Shown: piece after piece, positions 42,401 through 52,583 of the stretch | Position numbering within the stretch: the stretch's first letter is position 1 | Layout of the letters: every line of letters starts with the position of its first letter | Assembly (NCBI GenBank): GCA_030141605.1 | Contig: JAQGDQ010000009.1 | Location: forward strand, 310,001 to 374,000 | DNA from: Tubiluchus corallicola | Taxonomy: Eukaryota; Animalia; Priapulida | DNA: 64,000 bases | Reading direction: 5' to 3' | The notes under the pieces: model-generated | Seen by the model: only the letters and a program-made list of their open reading frames with translations | Databases searched by the model: none | Told to the model about the DNA's origin: nothing | Made by a program: the position numbers and the translations under genes

Positions 42401-45400
42401 CGTTGATCTGGCACTGTGTTCTTACAGCATTAACAGTCTCCTCGCTCAGTCTGACTTCTCAATACTGTTTCTTTCTATTATTTTGACATTATTTGAAGAA
42501 TGTCTTTGATGCCAAGATGTAATTGTATTTAAAGGATCAGACAAGTCTCTTGGGAAGTTGAGCTCATTTTAGTATTTGAGAAATTTGTTGGAAAGTTTCA
42601 GCAATAAAATTGTGATGAGCACCTTGCATAATTAGGTAATAAAATTGAAGTCGCAATCACTTCACTCTTATTTTAAGCGAAAAATGATGTTTATATGGTT
42701 ACCATGGGATATAGACATTTATCCCGCCAAGTGCTTGAGCAAATTTTTGCAGCCACATTTACTATACTCTGTTACTTTACTTTACGCTATTATTAACTAC
42801 AAACAATCAAAACTTTAAGCGACGTAATGAAAACCAGTTACTAATGATAACATAATGACCTCCAACTCTAATTAACCCCGTCAGAGTAACTGAATAATTA
42901 TTTTAATAAGCTAAAACTGAACTCTGTGAACTTTGACACCACTCAGCACTTTCTGTATGCTCACAGAATTCCATGCTTATCTGTAATTATATTATGTGTA
43001 GTACTTAGACATTCCTGTAGATTAATGCTAGGTAAGCATTTTAAAGTTATTTAAAATAGATCCGACGATTAACTTTTACATAAACACAGTTGAACACGTA
43101 GATTTAGTCTGCAGGAATAGTGGAACGGATTTCTGAGTGAACTGTAGACACTGTCCAGCAGCTTATTCATATATGCCCACAGCGAGGTTCGTTTTGTGTG
43201 AGATAAAAATGACTTAAATTTCTTTTGCATTTTTAAGGGAGGGATTTTGCATACAGTATGTAGTAGTTTCAATATTTTTAAGTGTATATTAACATACAAT
43301 AAATGTCATTCAAGAGTGGTTTTTCCTTTAATAAACTAGAATCGGACTTTGAATTAAGTTGGTCGTGTTTTTTCAGGCAAATATCGGCTTCTTTTGAGGA
43401 GGGAGCAAATATTTAAGTTGGCTTGCAATCACCTCATAATGCCGGAAATGGAGCTGCTGCCGATGCTCACGTCAGAAACGGCTTGGTGCTGGAATGCGCT
43501 CGATTACAGTGAAGCTGAGCCTCATCTTGAACAGTTCGCTGTTCGATTTAAGGTTGTAATTTCTGAAATTGTCCAGGGTTGCTCATCGAGTTTGAAACGA
43601 CTGCTGTCGACCATGCTCTTCATGTTTGGCCAAACCCTTGTTTTTAGCCAAATGTTGATCTTGTTCTTTGCAATAGCTCAGATTTTCTTAGTTTCTTAGA
43701 GTTTGCCGCAACGAAATAAACATTTTTCTACTAAACAGGCAGTAGGAATATGGACTTTCGAAGCCATCTGTTGACTAAACAGTGATAACTCTCAGCTCGT
43801 TAAACATGGAAAAACCTTTGAGTACCTGGTGGCTTTTATAAATTTAATTTAAATAGAAAAGAAAGGTTTTTTAATAATTGTTTATTTATTTAAAAACTAA
43901 TCACAAATTTATAGTTTTAGCTCACAAACATATAAATTTATTTCATTATGAACTAATAAATGCAAACTGTGTTAAAAATATATATTCTGTTATAATATAT
44001 ACATGTATGTATATCAGAGATTAAAAGAATTGTGTAAGCTAAACTAAAACATTTATAGTAGTTGTTATGCTAAAAGCGCAAAATATCGATACTTCTTGTG
44101 TTTTGAGTATATTTTTGACTGTTTACTGAATCTTCTGAGAAACACTATAAAAAACTCTGTATCTAGCAATAGGTATTTTTCCGTTACGTTCATTAAAAGT
44201 GCTTGTAAAATTTGCTGTATTTAAACGATTTAATGGTATCTTGCTAGCTCCTTAGTAAAAAAATGATTTTGGGGTGACGATGTCTTAGTACGTAACAACT
44301 AGGAATTTAAAAAGTTTTTTATCTAATCAACATATAAATCTTTAGCTATCACGAAATATTATTCTGCTACATTTCTTAAGAGCGGTACTAAAATTTTCCA
44401 CACCTGAAATTTTACGTACTTTCAGTATAAATGTATAAAAAGATATTTGATCATGTTCTTAATAAGAAAAAAACTGCATTCATATAGTACCATTTTGTAC
44501 TGGTATATGAAAGTCACATACCTTGCTGTTTTTCTTACCTAACCATTTGTCAAGCTTTCCTCACAGAATTTAAATTTATTTCATGTTGTTTTTCTTTAAA
44601 AGTATGAATTCTGTTGTAAAATGTATATGTCAGAGAAATTAGTGATTCACATCGCTGGTTACTTATTGTGACAACATGTTGCTGAACCTGTATGCTTGGT
44701 TGCTATGCATTAAAATAGTTGTGATGTCACTTGGTTGCTATGCATTAAAATAGCTGTGATATCACAACATGAGGTCATCACTTAGCAACCGCTCTGTTGT
44801 CATCACTAAGCTGTTGTCATGGAGATGATGTCATTCAATAGCATGTTGTCAGATGATGAAGTCGGTGCTTAGTATCTTTACTTATTATCTTGTTTATGGT
44901 CACTTTTGCAGGAAAAAGGCACAGCTACGGAATTTAAGACGAAGTTTGAGGAAGCAAAGAAAGAGTTAAGCACTGCTAGCAGCATTTTTGGTGCTGATAC
45001 AGTTAAAGGTACAAGCATTGTTCATACAAAACTACCAAATAGTTTTTCAGTTTTCGTTCTCTTGCCAGCTTGATTTAAAGGTAGCACTTGATGTTTGGTG
45101 GTTCACCTGCTGCAGCAAATAATACAGTTATAACTTCGATAATCTATACTTCTGTGATGTAGGATAATAATAAAAGTTTATAAAATCAAAATAACATGCA
45201 GGTCATGTGGTATCTAGGAACTTATGGGATCAAACAGCATAATAATATATGCAGCTGCAGAATTTGACATTTTTTTAGATTTTGGTACATTAAATCCATT
45301 TGCTTAGAAAAGAAATGACCTTTGTAATAAAAAAATGATTAAATTAGGAATGGCAAAAAGGCATGCTATAGTAGTTACATTTGACAGGTGAAGATCAATC

Positions 45401-48028
45401 GGTGATGGCCAGCGTGCAGAAACAACCGGAGGCAGGTGATAACAAAGATGTCACGGAAGAGGAAACAGAAGAAGATGATGAGGAAGAGATTTTGTTTGAG
45501 AAAAGAGTTAATCTTCAGTGCAGTTTGAATGGAAATGAATGGAAGGTTGAGATTTTGCACATTTCTTAGTATAAAATACATACAGTCATTAGTTTGTAGA
45601 ATTTTGTTAACAAAATGTGTAATTAAGCTTCAATTTATTTCTGTTTGTCCATTTCAGAAATAACACATAGAAATTGGTCAGTAAAAAATCTCACTTTCAA
45701 AAAATATTGGCGTGAAGACAGAGCATGCCAATATGCTTGTAAACTAATAATTATGATTTCGGTGAAAAAGCAGTCATGATCTTTTTGTTCCTTGTACCTA
45801 AAGCTTCATCAAAAGCTCTTAATCTAAACTGGTATTAGTGATTATGCAGTAATGACTGTATGACTGACACTTTGACTATCCAGACTTCACTGCATGTTGG
45901 TAGCTGTATGCACAATAGGAAGCTAAACTGTTGATCTGATTTTTCAAACTTACTGCTATGGCAATGCTTTGCCGTGCCAGATGGGACTGTAATATTGACA
46001 TGCGCTGACATCTCAGTTATTGCCCAATTCTGCATTAAATAGACAAATCAAAAGTTGCTGAGGACGATAACACATTCAACTCTGTATTTGTTATAATTCT
46101 TATCTTTCAGACTGCCGGCATGGGTGTATTGCACGTTCTCTTTGATGACGATGTGTATGGCACAAGGCTACGTATGAAACTAGATGACGGAAAATGTGTT
46201 ATGAACCATGTAATTACCAGGGAGATTAATTTGACGCTTGACGAAAAAAATAGAACCTGCCAATGGATGGCAACCGATTTCTCGACGGAAAATGGTGTGC
46301 TGCAGTCCTTTTTAGTCCAGTTTAGTTCCGTTAATGCCATGAAAGAATTTTTGGATATCTTTGGAAAGGTTGGTGCTCACACACATTAGATATACAGTTA
46401 AACCTTTTTAAAAGATAAAAAAATCTCGCGTTCTAACAGGTCCTTTTTGTTAGTTTTGCACTTATATTATATTAAATGCTAGTATAACCCTTGTGTTTTT
46501 GTTTACAGAGTAACTGACTGAGTCATTGTTTTATTGACAAATTGAAGCTATAGGAATAGCATAACTAAACAAGGCAGTCATTATAAGCAGTTTGCCCACA
46601 GAAAAGAATGGCAGCAGCATTAATTATATATGTAAAACACAAAAGCTTTCACACCAGATTTGATGGCTAATTTTAGATTTCTGGCAGCATAAATAGGTTG
46701 AATCACGAAACACAATTTAATCCTAGAATGATTAGCCTTTTGAGCAGTAACATCTGACCTGCTCTTCATCACAAATAGTACCAATAAGACACGGGTCTTA
46801 TGTTCTGTGAGTGGTGACAACAGTATTTGGTTTATGCATTCACTGAGACATTGGCATAGCTGGGGAAGAGGGGTAGAAGAGGCAGTCCACCCCGGGTGGC
46901 ACTTTGATCAAATACACTGAAAAGGCTGGTTCTGTCAGAGTAGTAGAAAGGCAAAATGCCTGATATGATTTAATCTTCCACAAAAACGCCACTTACAGCC
47001 TATTGTGCAGAAAGTTTTGCGACAAAGCAAGATGATAATTAGTAATTTGATGTCTTTGTAACATTTACATAGTTACGAAATGATAAACAGTGCGGAAAGT
47101 ATTGCAATAACGTAAGATGGTAAATGGCAATTTGATATCTTTGTAATGTTTGCATAGTTACGGTAGTTTTTCTTTTTTTAAAGTTTCTCTGCAGTACTCA
47201 ACTTGATCTAACTGTGAAGTATATTTATATTCACGTTCTCTCCTGTGTTAACATGTCAAGATTCTCTGAGTGGGCCTATTATAGCTTTTGAAGCATGTAG
47301 AGAGAATTTATTTCTTCAGAAACACATTTTTTTCAGTATTATTTATTGCAACTGCAACATAACACAATTTCACATTTCTTGTAAAGTTCTAAAATTACAA
47401 CTATGTGCTAGGTTGGATTTTTAATAAGGGGGGAGAAAGAAGTGCCACACTTAGCACCACAAGCTCCTCTAGCTATGCCACTGTAGCAGTACTGCTAATG
47501 TGCAGGTCATCCGAGAATCGGTGAATAATAAATGTTCTTTTGTTTTTAAGGGTAAACAACTAGCTAAAGAGTCCGAATTATCTGACAGGGAACTAAGTAT
47601 TGCAGCTTCTCCACATAAGTCTGCACTGGAGTGGATAGGTAGTTCAGGTGAGTTATTGGTGCATTTTCCAAGTTTATATGTAGTCTTTTAGAGAAGTTCA
47701 AACCTTGGAATGTGAGAAGACTAAGTTTAGTTTTTTGGCAAATGCACATCTTTGAAAATGAGCATTTTTTGGCAAATTACAAGTATTTCTGAAAGTACTG
47801 TGTCATTTTCAGTTTCATTCTTTAATAACAAAATTACTAAATATTTGTCAATAAAGTTTAGAAATATTGTCTAATACATTTTTTATCTTTTTTTACGTTT
47901 TTTCATTTTCCTGTCTCTTTCCAAAAATTCACCCCTATTTTCCTTTTTTTCCCTTATTGCCTATGCCCTTTACCACAGCAGAACCATACATACAAGGCAC
48001 ACCGAAAACTAAAGCGCATGAACAGTGA
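1185..48028 (+). CDS. RANBP2: E3 SUMO-protein ligase RanBP2/Nup358, multi-exon, 5' end upstream of window. Exons read by hand: 1185-1342, 2250-2382, 2976-3147, 3391-3476, 20599-20743, 20992-21081, 21392-21653, 21792-22016, 22594-22792, 23059-23175, 23406-23472, 23763-23977, 24157-24333, 24872-25091, 27172-27305, 27919-28183, 28934-29065, 30072-30146, 30535-30636, 31556-31656, 31904-32068, 34565-38180, 38939-39115, 39736-39822, 40110-40217, 40667-40868, 41266-41339, 43377-43552, 44912-45008, 45388-45545, 46111-46368, 47551-47647, 47979-48028
   Basis: All junctions are GT-AG and phase-compatible. N-terminal helical region motifs resemble vertebrate RanBP2 ([51 protein letters not shown]). Also repeated RanBD signatures ([24 protein letters not shown]), W-x-C-x2-C-x3-N-x6-C-x2-C zinc fingers, FG repeats and an IR motif. 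Short low-complexity exons between 24.8 and 31.6 kb are less certain. Confidence 0.93.
4651..7112 (-). CDS. C2H2 zinc-finger protein (~571 aa, 7 fingers plus acidic C-terminus), nested antisense in the RanBP2 intron; coding exons 7112-7027, 6551-5550, 5278-4651
   Basis: Exons join in frame (GA|gtgagt..atag|G and AG|gtaata..atag|G; total 1716 nt). The first finger CNQC...HIRE-RH is completed only by splicing. Further fingers at CGSC, CEKC, CAEC, CSVC, CSAC and CKEC. Start codon is inferred. Confidence 0.85.
11486..13324 (-). CDS. CFAP99: Cilia- and flagella-associated protein 99-like, uninterrupted 612-aa ORF nested in the RanBP2 intron
   Basis: N-terminal pattern ([42 protein letters not shown]), [18 protein letters not shown] and [24 protein letters not shown] resemble CFAP99; long coiled coil. 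An acceptor (atgctag|gttccagATG) just before the ATG implies an upstream exon. Confidence 0.8.
   Translation of the reverse strand: MSRCPEQHLVTVFAKTALQQGDRQLVQEIFLGCVRFSKIIDVAITEFVTRINRKKPPKTELCFYKVLIYLLIFRMDEFGFRNFCEVLKAVESELLNNFFSFLTSEHNLKIILVPKWCEAYEETYVEETFVAPLLKWRSNIQKYFQKRVAQSSLKTISVLPSTKIRTFKLTQQKARRILIPEPIHSLKPSKPVPTTAYDSPKEELLLSQARHHNRENAQKLYDTAQKKQMRCANPEKSERTRAIIDNIQNDREEKLKYEKTRYKSAVEDPMPNVNIAAILRETQTFRKNEELKQRKLNDLVRGHQSDDVYLQRELEMKKSDLETQHADQKRKVLHGKISHEAAILAHKNACMEKKEMVFKMKLEASELLEKYWEERQEAENEMKKLVSTIITSQKQDIGKAKEKLQNYKRQIVQQVKEEQQALMQQALDEAEEDMKKRAAIIQEIRALETTPICRFKPLDFTETSGIGLLTEMSLAELRQRLADLQIKKEEERQEKQNYIQATKQQKELLIKNTLEELAMYRAEKRKEVEKPTVPVDHDKNVEIQELEKQLLEKREKRRQIEYASTESVVQNFQRKRFPKLKKETVAEKRWQELQNTRNGIKQLTSKDLNVTV
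13670..15045. mobile_element. Possible degenerate foldback/MITE-like element
   Basis: Left cluster of TTTCCCAGAAAA-like units (13677-13770) faces a right cluster of TTTTCTGGGA-like units (14915-15010) in inverted orientation; no TSD identified. Confidence 0.3.
13824..14056. repeat. Imperfect (CT)n/(GA)n microsatellite
   Basis: About 230 bp of CT-rich dinucleotide repeat; it explains the RE-rich and LS-rich spurious ORFs. Confidence 0.95.
15600..16200. promoter_or_regulatory. Putative shared promoter region between divergent CFAP99 and DRC7, with RFX X-box-like motif
   Basis: Locally CpG-rich in an AT-rich background. X-box-like GTTTGTTTGGCAAC at 15932-15945, GTTGCTAAG near 16137 and GTTGCC near 16182. 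Candidate minus-strand donor CAG|gtacgc at 15534. Confidence 0.4.
16273..18897 (+). CDS. DRC7: Dynein regulatory complex subunit 7 (CCDC135/FAP50), intronless 874-aa ORF nested on the same strand in the RanBP2 intron
   Basis: ENFRRQY...[23 protein letters not shown]; transglutaminase-like [28 protein letters not shown]; [13 protein letters not shown]; [18 protein letters not shown]; C-terminal FRIHILE.RL.R...DPRL. Confidence 0.95.
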   Translation: MEQVLEVDKPETQKENAESVLDKSGEEGDVESGAEGTDVHDDSNEAEVSPQQPQIPSMPSKSFEHYPHSYRFNTPRDLLVMEYAENFRRQYILLFKDRKPLLLCPLNECRCEKFVCTTIRPTCIPYEGIYDYDKCAEFVSDFLNYELLTPPTEVPTMLKSPTTVLQDQSGHCFEYSTVLCSLLIGMGYNAYVVSGYATKEICFMDENITKCPYGEETTLVKTAGKKVTSKKYIIKPPKDLTSKFESRQEEKRLADKKARDEKVRLELEELRRRPTVYDELIGMRVHSWVLVLPGRREVPEPFFIEPTTGQARASDDCNYLGIESVWNHKNYWVNMQDCSSGLGGMIYDLGDCRKWEFMFPSSDKTLYETDDGALIGQDTYGYDEEFGDVEKFIDLPQSWVNLLVISRRDFELRCPQGKKTKLYYKTKYEKFAPYYLENGLIEKFSYYDDTDYTKLIQVKEIFANRADSLCKKVTDPNTGYITEYFNPGKRSALKEYCYCLEPNSNISSPSTEMDRTMLLYNVSTMMGRTMFFYSHVRPDGLVKREEKGMTMTEYFEKNPDFLKSRLVKFGKKVKVFGPASEADKRPILYIKECFERNPDKAPCEDIAEKVFDIANDTMKVTYHHDPDSITAAFREFVKPPNIEEKTYKAVDMTHYTVEYQLDPHKPKLSNLELYQQFEKLMKDETRSIFMCRVSEDEVLTILTERRRDEVTSELDTSIYDVDRNIEARHLRLARALQEQEDKAREKEMDTDYLSPYITQMGVIPETMTRTKAQKLKEQCLHEFKKRMFDKANTIQAKFDQETDDLQKKQQWYQQNQGTTTKEDEEEYLSYCSEAMFRIHILEHRLNRFKESAPAKYAAQEQKLQSDPRLRDYLI
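24667..24876. repeat. 4 x 52-bp tandem repeat overlapping a RanBP2 3' splice site
   Basis: Unit caaactgtacacaataatatacttgagtgaaaatgatgttttatactagcac; TAG recurs at 24713, 24765, 24817 and 24869. Confidence 0.95.
33428..33728. repeat. Diverged tandem duplication, 2 x ~150 bp
   Basis: Two copies beginning ctaattcacttata(c/t)aaattaacattttaaaat and ending acctgtaatact. Confidence 0.85.
34565..38180 (+). CDS. RANBP2: RanBP2 large 3.6-kb exon: end of RanBD1, ZnF1, FG region, RanBD2, ZnF2-3, FG region, RanBD3
   Basis: 1207-aa ORF bounded by tcag|GTG and C|gtaagt; WNCEVC (twice) and WNCDAC zinc fingers; two EWKERG motifs; many FxFG/FG motifs. Confidence 0.95.
38939..39115 (+). CDS. RANBP2: RanBP2 IR (SUMO E3 / Ubc9-binding internal repeat)-like exon
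   Basis: [30 protein letters not shown] resembles the IR1 motif DVLIVYE.TPT.EQ...A.KLKLPPTFF.Y, followed by PGCPGCRGC. Confidence 0.85.
41889..42420. repeat. Minisatellite, 19 x 28 bp, in a RanBP2 intron
   Basis: Unit gacctagacgttgatctggcactgtgtt; 532 bp equals exactly 19 units, with substitutions only and no spacers. Confidence 0.97.
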
Positions 48029-49680
48029 AACAGCGATGTCAAATAACTGGAGCTTCTGCAGTGAATAAATCATCATGTAAATTGTTAAAATTTTGCCAGA
48101 AAGTACATTTATTCTTGATAGATGTAGCTTCTATTATTTCAATTGATGATATTTCGTCTTCAGTAATTGCACTTTTTAATAGTTGACATGCTGCCAGTCA
48201 TATAAGTAAATCTAAGCACGTATTTGAGCCAGAAATGAAAAATTATTTTTTGAGACATTGTGCTTTTGTTCTGATGTACGTTGTTCACTGGTAAACAGTG
48301 AGTAACATTAGATATGATGTAATTTTGTTTATACAATTTAAATTTTGGAAGTAAATTTTCATTTTCTTTTTAAAATCGCATGCGGAATTCTTTATTAACT
48401 TTTTCGAGTAAAAATTTTTGTTTCGATGGAATATGCCATACACAGCTGCTATTAAATTTGTACAAATTATTTGTAATGTAAACAAATTGTCATTCCTTGT
48501 AATGTAAACAAATTGTTCAAACATTCACATATTCACATTTGTCATACTCTGATAAATTCAGCTGAACAACACTACTGATAAAGAGCTTGTACATTTGTAA
48601 CTTATTTATTACCCAGTGTTCTATTTTATAAGTAACTTCAATATTTCGTCTCTTTTTTGTAAATTTGAACTTGATTCATTAACATACTAATATCAAACTT
48701 TAATGCGTAGTGTGTGTCATGTTACATTAAGTACACATATAACAAAATAAAATTCTTTGATCTTCAAGGAAATTTCTTTTTCTATACCTGCTTAGTAGTT
48801 TTAGGCACTGTGCAGCCTTGCAAAATTTTGTTTTTATTTTTCAAATACTCAGTTTTTATTTCGCTATAAGCTTTATTAGCATCTTTCATATCAACATGCT
48901 GCAAAATGATAGCAGTGGTTTCTCCCTGTGCGATACATGTAAACTGTTCTGCTTGCATGCAGTTAGTGTGTTAGAAGTTGTTAAGTGACATGTTTTACAA
49001 CAGCTTAATGACCTGTGCCTTTGGAGCAATTTCAGGTTATTAAAACTGGGTGGCATCAAAAAAATGTTTAATTTCGAATTTAGTGACTCCAACATTTCTT
49101 TATTGCCTTATATTGTTGAATTTGTCCAACTGTTAAGTGTCTGGTGCAATGGTTTTTACAGCTGAAACTGAAAGCAGTAGATGAAAGGAGGTCATCTTAG
49201 ACAAATTTGCAAATGAGTTTGCCAACAGGATAGTAGTTGCATTAACCATTTTTTTAAGTAAACTTAAATTGCATTGACCATTTTCTTTACACGATTCTTT
49301 GACTCGCATTTTTCCATTTTACCATTCACTTTCACAAAACCATGGGATTGAACTTGAACCATTAGAAACTCCATCCAATTTTGTTTGTTACTTCCGAATT
49401 TGATGGAGCCACTTTGAGTTAAGTAGCTTTTACTGAGCCACTTACAAATTAAAATTCTGGCTGAAGGCTACTCCATTTTCACAGCTACTGCACAAGTTTG
49501 GACAGAGACCTTTAAACAAATATATGAATTTGTTGCCATTACTAATAAACACGCAACATATCAACCGACTTTTTACTTTCTAGTATTATTATACCTATAG
49601 TAGATATTTTATAGTACATGGGTTAAGCAGTTAATAGTTTTTAAATGTTTCGTACATTACCTTTCTCATTTCTACTGTAG

Positions 49681-52583
49681 ACTGCATTAATGAGCAATCA
49701 AGTAATGCCAAAGCCTTGCCCTCAACATCCGAACTTGAATGGGATTATGATGGTTTCCAGAGCTATGGGCACAAAAAAATTTCCCGAAGCAAAAACACAT
49801 CCTCAAAAGTGCGTAAGAAGCGTCAAAAATTTACTGCAGGTTCAAACAATAACAACAATTTAAAGATGGAATTGCGGAGTGAAAAAGTGTGGAAAAGAAA
49901 TTACACCATAAATATAACGACCATGCCCAATGCAAGTGGCAGTTCAATTTTCATTCATTTTCCCGATAAAAAAACTGAGAGTGATAGAAGTAGCATACGA
50001 TCAGTAGATGGATGTAGCACACGGTCAGTTGACAGTGTCAAATCAGATGCAAGCAGTGTAGGCATTCTGACTTATGTTAAAGATTTATTCAAAAGTGAGA
50101 CATCCTCTTCTCAACTCAACATGTGCCTTGATGATTTTTCTATTAACATACCAGAGTTTCCTGATAACAGCAAGTGTGGAGTGACAGTAGAAATGGAAGA
50201 AGTGCTTGTGAATGATGGCAAAAAAGACTGTGAGAAAGATGAAGGCAGTGAATTTTGGCTTTCGCCGCAGGCGAGTGTCGTTTATCTGGATTATGAAGAC
50301 GATTCGATAATTGCCAGGCCTGCAAGCCTTTGTTCTGGTGCAAATGCGATCAGGAACGTGCGAGAAAATATCACTAAATGGAATGATAACTATTATCACC
50401 TAACTGACGATTCGACGGAATATGCGAAAATTGACAATGGAGGTGGCAGCCGTACTTGTTTTTCCGAGTCCGAATCGGAAATACCAAGCATTGAAATGTC
50501 TCACAACGATTATATCTGCTTTCCAGCTATTGATGATTCTGCCGAAATCTCAGAAGCATTATCTCGACAGTATGCCATAGACACAAGCGGTCTCTCCTCT
50601 GCTGATGAGAAATCATTGACAGATGTTGTAGGTGCAAAAAGTAGGAAGCGGATATCCCCGAGAGTCAACAAAAGTAACAATAACGGATATTCAAGTGATC
50701 ACGAGCAGAATGAACAAGATGCTTTCAAGCTTGGTGTAGTAATGTCAGATGATGGTGAGAGCACCTCTGAAGCTGTCTCGGGCGCATCTACTTTTGCCGA
50801 AACTATTACCGAAGAAAGTGATCCTAACAACGAAGTCAAAATACAATCTGATGCAAATGCAGACGGTGACATTTTAGAAAAATCCAACAAATTCACGGTA
50901 GGAAAAGTAGAGAATTTCATCCGCAACACATTGCAAGCATTCACTGGAATAGGAGACATTTTTCCAACAGTTGATCAAAATAACAAAAAATCAGCAGCTG
51001 AATTAATCACACGTATCTACAAGCCTGATGTAGAATTGTGCAGTGACACAGACACAGATTTGGCCGTAGAAGACACTATTCCATCTTTGAGCCATTCCTT
51101 CTCACAAAATGACGAAGGAGCACCACAAGCAACTCCTTACCACATCTGCTTTCATAGTGATGAGGATACTTTGTCCGAAAATACTGTTGCCGGTGATACA
51201 GAACAAGATGATGTTCAAATATTTGAGCCAAAAGAATACAACTGCAGTGATGATTACAATGTTGCACCAATAGTTCAACGTGATGACGACAAATTTCTGC
51301 CATTGAATAATGCGACTGATAAAGATCACACATTTGCTCCAACCGATAATCAGTACGAAGATTCCAAGTTTGCTCCAATAAGTGACCAATGCACTGATGA
51401 AAAATTTGCACCAAAAGAAAATCACTGCAATAGTAATTGCAAATTTACATCAACAAACAATCAGTATGATGACCGAAAATTCACACAAACAGACAACGAA
51501 TGCGCCGAGACTCGCGCATTTACACCAAATGATGACCAGCTACACGATCAGAAATTTGTACCAATGAAACATCTGCAAGACGAAGATGACATAGCTGTAC
51601 CAAAAAGCGATCATTATGATGCACCAGCAGACGAACAGTCTAACAAGGATAAGATTCACATTCAAATTGAATCTAACAATCATTATGATGCACCAACAGA
51701 TGAACGCTCTAATGATACGAAATTTTTACCACCATCCGTTACGTCTGATGGAGGTTCTATTGCACCAAGTCACCAGAGTGAAAATGCAGAAGTCACATCT
51801 CAATTACTAGTTTGTACAGAAACTGACAGCGTAACCAGTAAGCCTGTGAAACTGACTTTGCAAAACACTGCTGATGATGATGTTCATGCTAAGCAGCAAG
51901 ACACTGCAAAACAGTCAGATCTTGTAGACAAAACAGCTAACATTCAGTTGAGCACCACATTGCCAGAACATAATACATTACCAGAAAACTACAGTAACGA
52001 GGAAACAGAGGATGACGTCATGCCAATTCCAGTCATCGGACGCTACAGAGGCAATAACAATGACTGCACTCCAAAGCAAAAACTCCTTCCAACTCCACTA
52101 CTGTATAACAGCAAACGCAGTCCACTAAGAAGACGCATAAGTGGAAAGCTTTCAAATGACGCCATTGTGGATGTGAGTGATCAACAATTTCACACTAATC
52201 CAATGACAGTGACAAAGCAGCGTAGCACCGGTGCAGTAGCCGCTATTTTACAGGCAGAATCAAAAACAAGCATCACCAAAAACACCTCAGAAACTGCCGT
52301 AATTAGTCCAAAAGTAAAGAAAAGTTTCTCCCAAATAGGAATTAGGAAAACCACCCCCTTGTCTAAAGCTTCCTCGCCAACAGCAAAAAGCAAAACATTT
52401 GATCCAAAGGATGTGGATTCTTATAGAGACCTGCCAAATAATCTTATTAAGTTTGTGGCATTAAAACGCAAATTATCTGGTTTGGACGAAATCTACCATC
52501 CTCAAAGCAGCAGCAATTTAAATAATCAACAACAACTTAAAGACAAAGATAGTCAGTTCTTGAGTGGCCATGAGCACTGGTAA
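49681..52583 (+). CDS. Large terminal coding exon for an uncharacterised acidic, Ser/Asp/Thr-rich, probably disordered polypeptide (~967 codons); parent gene uncertain
   Basis: 2.9-kb stop-free frame in AT-rich DNA. Polypyrimidine tract and acceptor ctttctcatttctactgtag|AC at 49680/49681. First in-frame ATG only at 49866; ELEWDY motif near the start; internal ~12-aa repeats. No recognisable folded domain. Confidence 0.75.

Noticed and set aside
41889-42420. CRISPR-like array and the 80-aa repetitive ORF 42088-42330
   Set aside because: Units are contiguous with no unique spacers, there are no cas genes, and the context is a eukaryotic intron; the ORF is a by-product of the repeat.
49188-49258. 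Amphipathic AKAP-like peptide EVILDKFANEFANRIVVAL as an upstream exon of the orphan ORF
   Set aside because: An in-frame stop lies immediately upstream, with no ATG or convincing acceptor in that frame; kept only as an alternative to test.
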